Positions 62,901 through 64,000 of a stretch of 64,000 nt of DNA are shown here, one piece after another. Every line of letters begins with the position of its first letter. Positions within the stretch are counted from its first letter, which is position 1. The DNA is taken from assembly GCA_964199315.1 (NCBI GenBank), contig OZ116705.1, positions 29,202,001 to 29,266,000 on the forward strand, written 5' to 3'. This DNA is from Orbicella franksi. Taxonomy: Eukaryota. Both the position numbers and the translations under genes were made by a program. The notes below the pieces were generated by a model. It did no database searches, had not been told where the DNA came from, and was given only the letters and a program-made list of their open reading frames with translations.

Positions 62901-64000
62901 TCTCTGAAGTACGCAAGTTGGGTCTACTTAGGAGTCTAATGAATTTCAAGCAATGTCCACATTAGTCTCCCTTAGGAGTTAAATTCAAATTTTCCGATGA
63001 GCATCCCTTGCCTTTTCAGGTGAGAGTTCTCCCCCTTGCCCCCTTCCGGGTTTCCAAATGTCTANNNNNNNNNNNNNNNNNNNNNNNNNNNNNNNNNNNN
63101 NNNNNNNNNNNNNNNNNNNNNNNNNNNNNNNNNNNNNNNNNNNNNNNNNNNNNNNNNNNNNNNNNNNNNNNNNNNNNNNNNNNNNNNNNNNNNNNNNNNN
63201 NNNNNNNNNNNNNNNNNNNNNNNNNNNNNNNNNNNNNNNNNNNNNNNNNNNNNNNNNNNNNNNNNNNNNNNNNNNNNNNNNNNNNNNNNNNNNNNNNNNN
63301 GGAGTGTGGGAGTGTGGGAGTGTGGGAGTGTGGGAGTGTGGGAGTGTGGGAGTGTGGGAGTGTGGGAGTGTGGGAGTGTGGGAGTGTAGGAGTGTGGGAG
63401 TGAAGGAGTGTAGGAGTGTAGGAGTGTAGGAGTGTGGGAGTGAAGGAGTGAAGGAGTGAAATCATTCCACCGCTACAACTTGGAAAATAATAAATATTTT
63501 CCAAGTTAAAAAGGAAGTCTGCATCTTTGAGGTCCCACCCTGACGCAAAATTCTTTTTTTGAAGTTAAGACAACTAGCAATTCAGAGTGAAAAAAGCAAA
63601 ATATAACCTAAAATTTGGCATAAGACGATAAGCATACAACTCGTCAAGTTTTATAGTCACATCCATCTTCAATTCAGTTTGACGTCTCCTTTCACTAGAT
63701 TGAAAAAGTGCACAAAAGAAAACAAACTGGAAGCGACAAAATAAACAACACAAGTTTCCAAATGTGTTGGTGAAAATGCACTAATGCATTGACTTGTTTT
63801 GGTCAACAAGATGAAAACACGTTTGATGGTTCACTATCTCTGAGCAGTACTGAAACTTGTAGTTATGATCATTTATTATTATAATCATTACATTAGCCAC
63901 ACATTAGTTCTTTAATACCTGTTTGGAGAGTCCCTCTCTTTGGACCTATCAGTGAGCTTGTGTTATCAATACTGAACAATGGCCGGATCACATGTTTCCC
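50974..64000 (-). CDS. Roco-family gene copy B (5' part beyond the window): Roc end-COR-GT4-OTU
   Basis: Exons >64000-63919, 59901-59805, 58603-58357, 57921-57121, 56123-54890, 53623-53519, 53033-52777, 52028-51761, 50996-50974. Phases match copy A, length differences are multiples of 3, there are no stops, and the GT4 and OTU catalytic motifs are intact. Confidence 0.85.
54177..54605. mobile_element. MITE in a copy-B-specific intron insertion
   Basis: TIR G(A/G)CCCTTTGCAGCT flanked by TA; part of a ~900-bp segment absent from copy A. Confidence 0.7.
60930..62775. mobile_element. 1846-bp Tc1/mariner-like non-autonomous element nested in another repeat
   Basis: Perfect 26-bp TIR CAGTATTGTGCAAAAGTAATGAGAGC with TA TSD. 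It splits a repeat whose uninterrupted copy (ctcact-TA-aggtgttgatgacg) lies at ~32500. No transposase was recognised. Confidence 0.88.
63065..63300. other. Assembly gap (236 N)
   Basis: Run of N. Confidence 1.
63301..63460. repeat. (GGAGTGTG)n minisatellite next to an assembly gap
   Basis: Octamer run with GGAGTGTA and GGAGTGAA variants; true length unknown because of the gap. Confidence 0.92.

Larger units (their letters stand above)
46813..64000. repeat. Tandem segmental duplication unit B
   Basis: Colinear with 1-13600 apart from copy-specific transposon insertions. Confidence 0.93.

Noticed and set aside
63008-63504. ORFs with ECGSVGVW / HSHTPTLP repeats
   Set aside because: Translation of the (GGAGTGTG)n minisatellite and the N gap.

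Overview
Eukaryotic, AT-rich, intron-containing DNA. The repeat families and gene type suggest a cnidarian, probably a stony coral; this is an inference and no database search was possible. The window holds about 1.4 copies of a ~46.8-kb tandem duplication (1-13600 matches 46813-64000). Each unit carries a minus-strand Roco-type gene and, just beyond its 3' end, a plus-strand decayed LRR array. By hand-splicing, copy A forms an uninterrupted 11-exon, 1645-aa ORF (25678->4322) with the architecture LRR - Roc GTPase - COR - GT4 glycosyltransferase - OTU deubiquitinase and no kinase. Copy B (50974->beyond 64000) keeps every exon visible in the window in frame. Intron 1 of copy A contains an 8688-bp DNA transposon (15411-24098; 44-bp TIRs, 8-bp TSD AAAAGTTG) with two convergent, spliced, intact genes. 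One is a Mutator-like DDE transposase fused to a pseudo-OTU and a CXC domain (~1012 aa). The other is a DUF3987/YfjI-like AAA+ ATPase with a putative winged helix (~502 aa). The spacer (26-46.8 kb) holds an intact hAT transposon (36983-39574), a related hAT MITE, an orphan Death-domain exon, CR1, RTE and Penelope fragments, tRNA-derived SINEs and many MITEs. No CRISPR array, rRNA or convincing tRNA gene was found.
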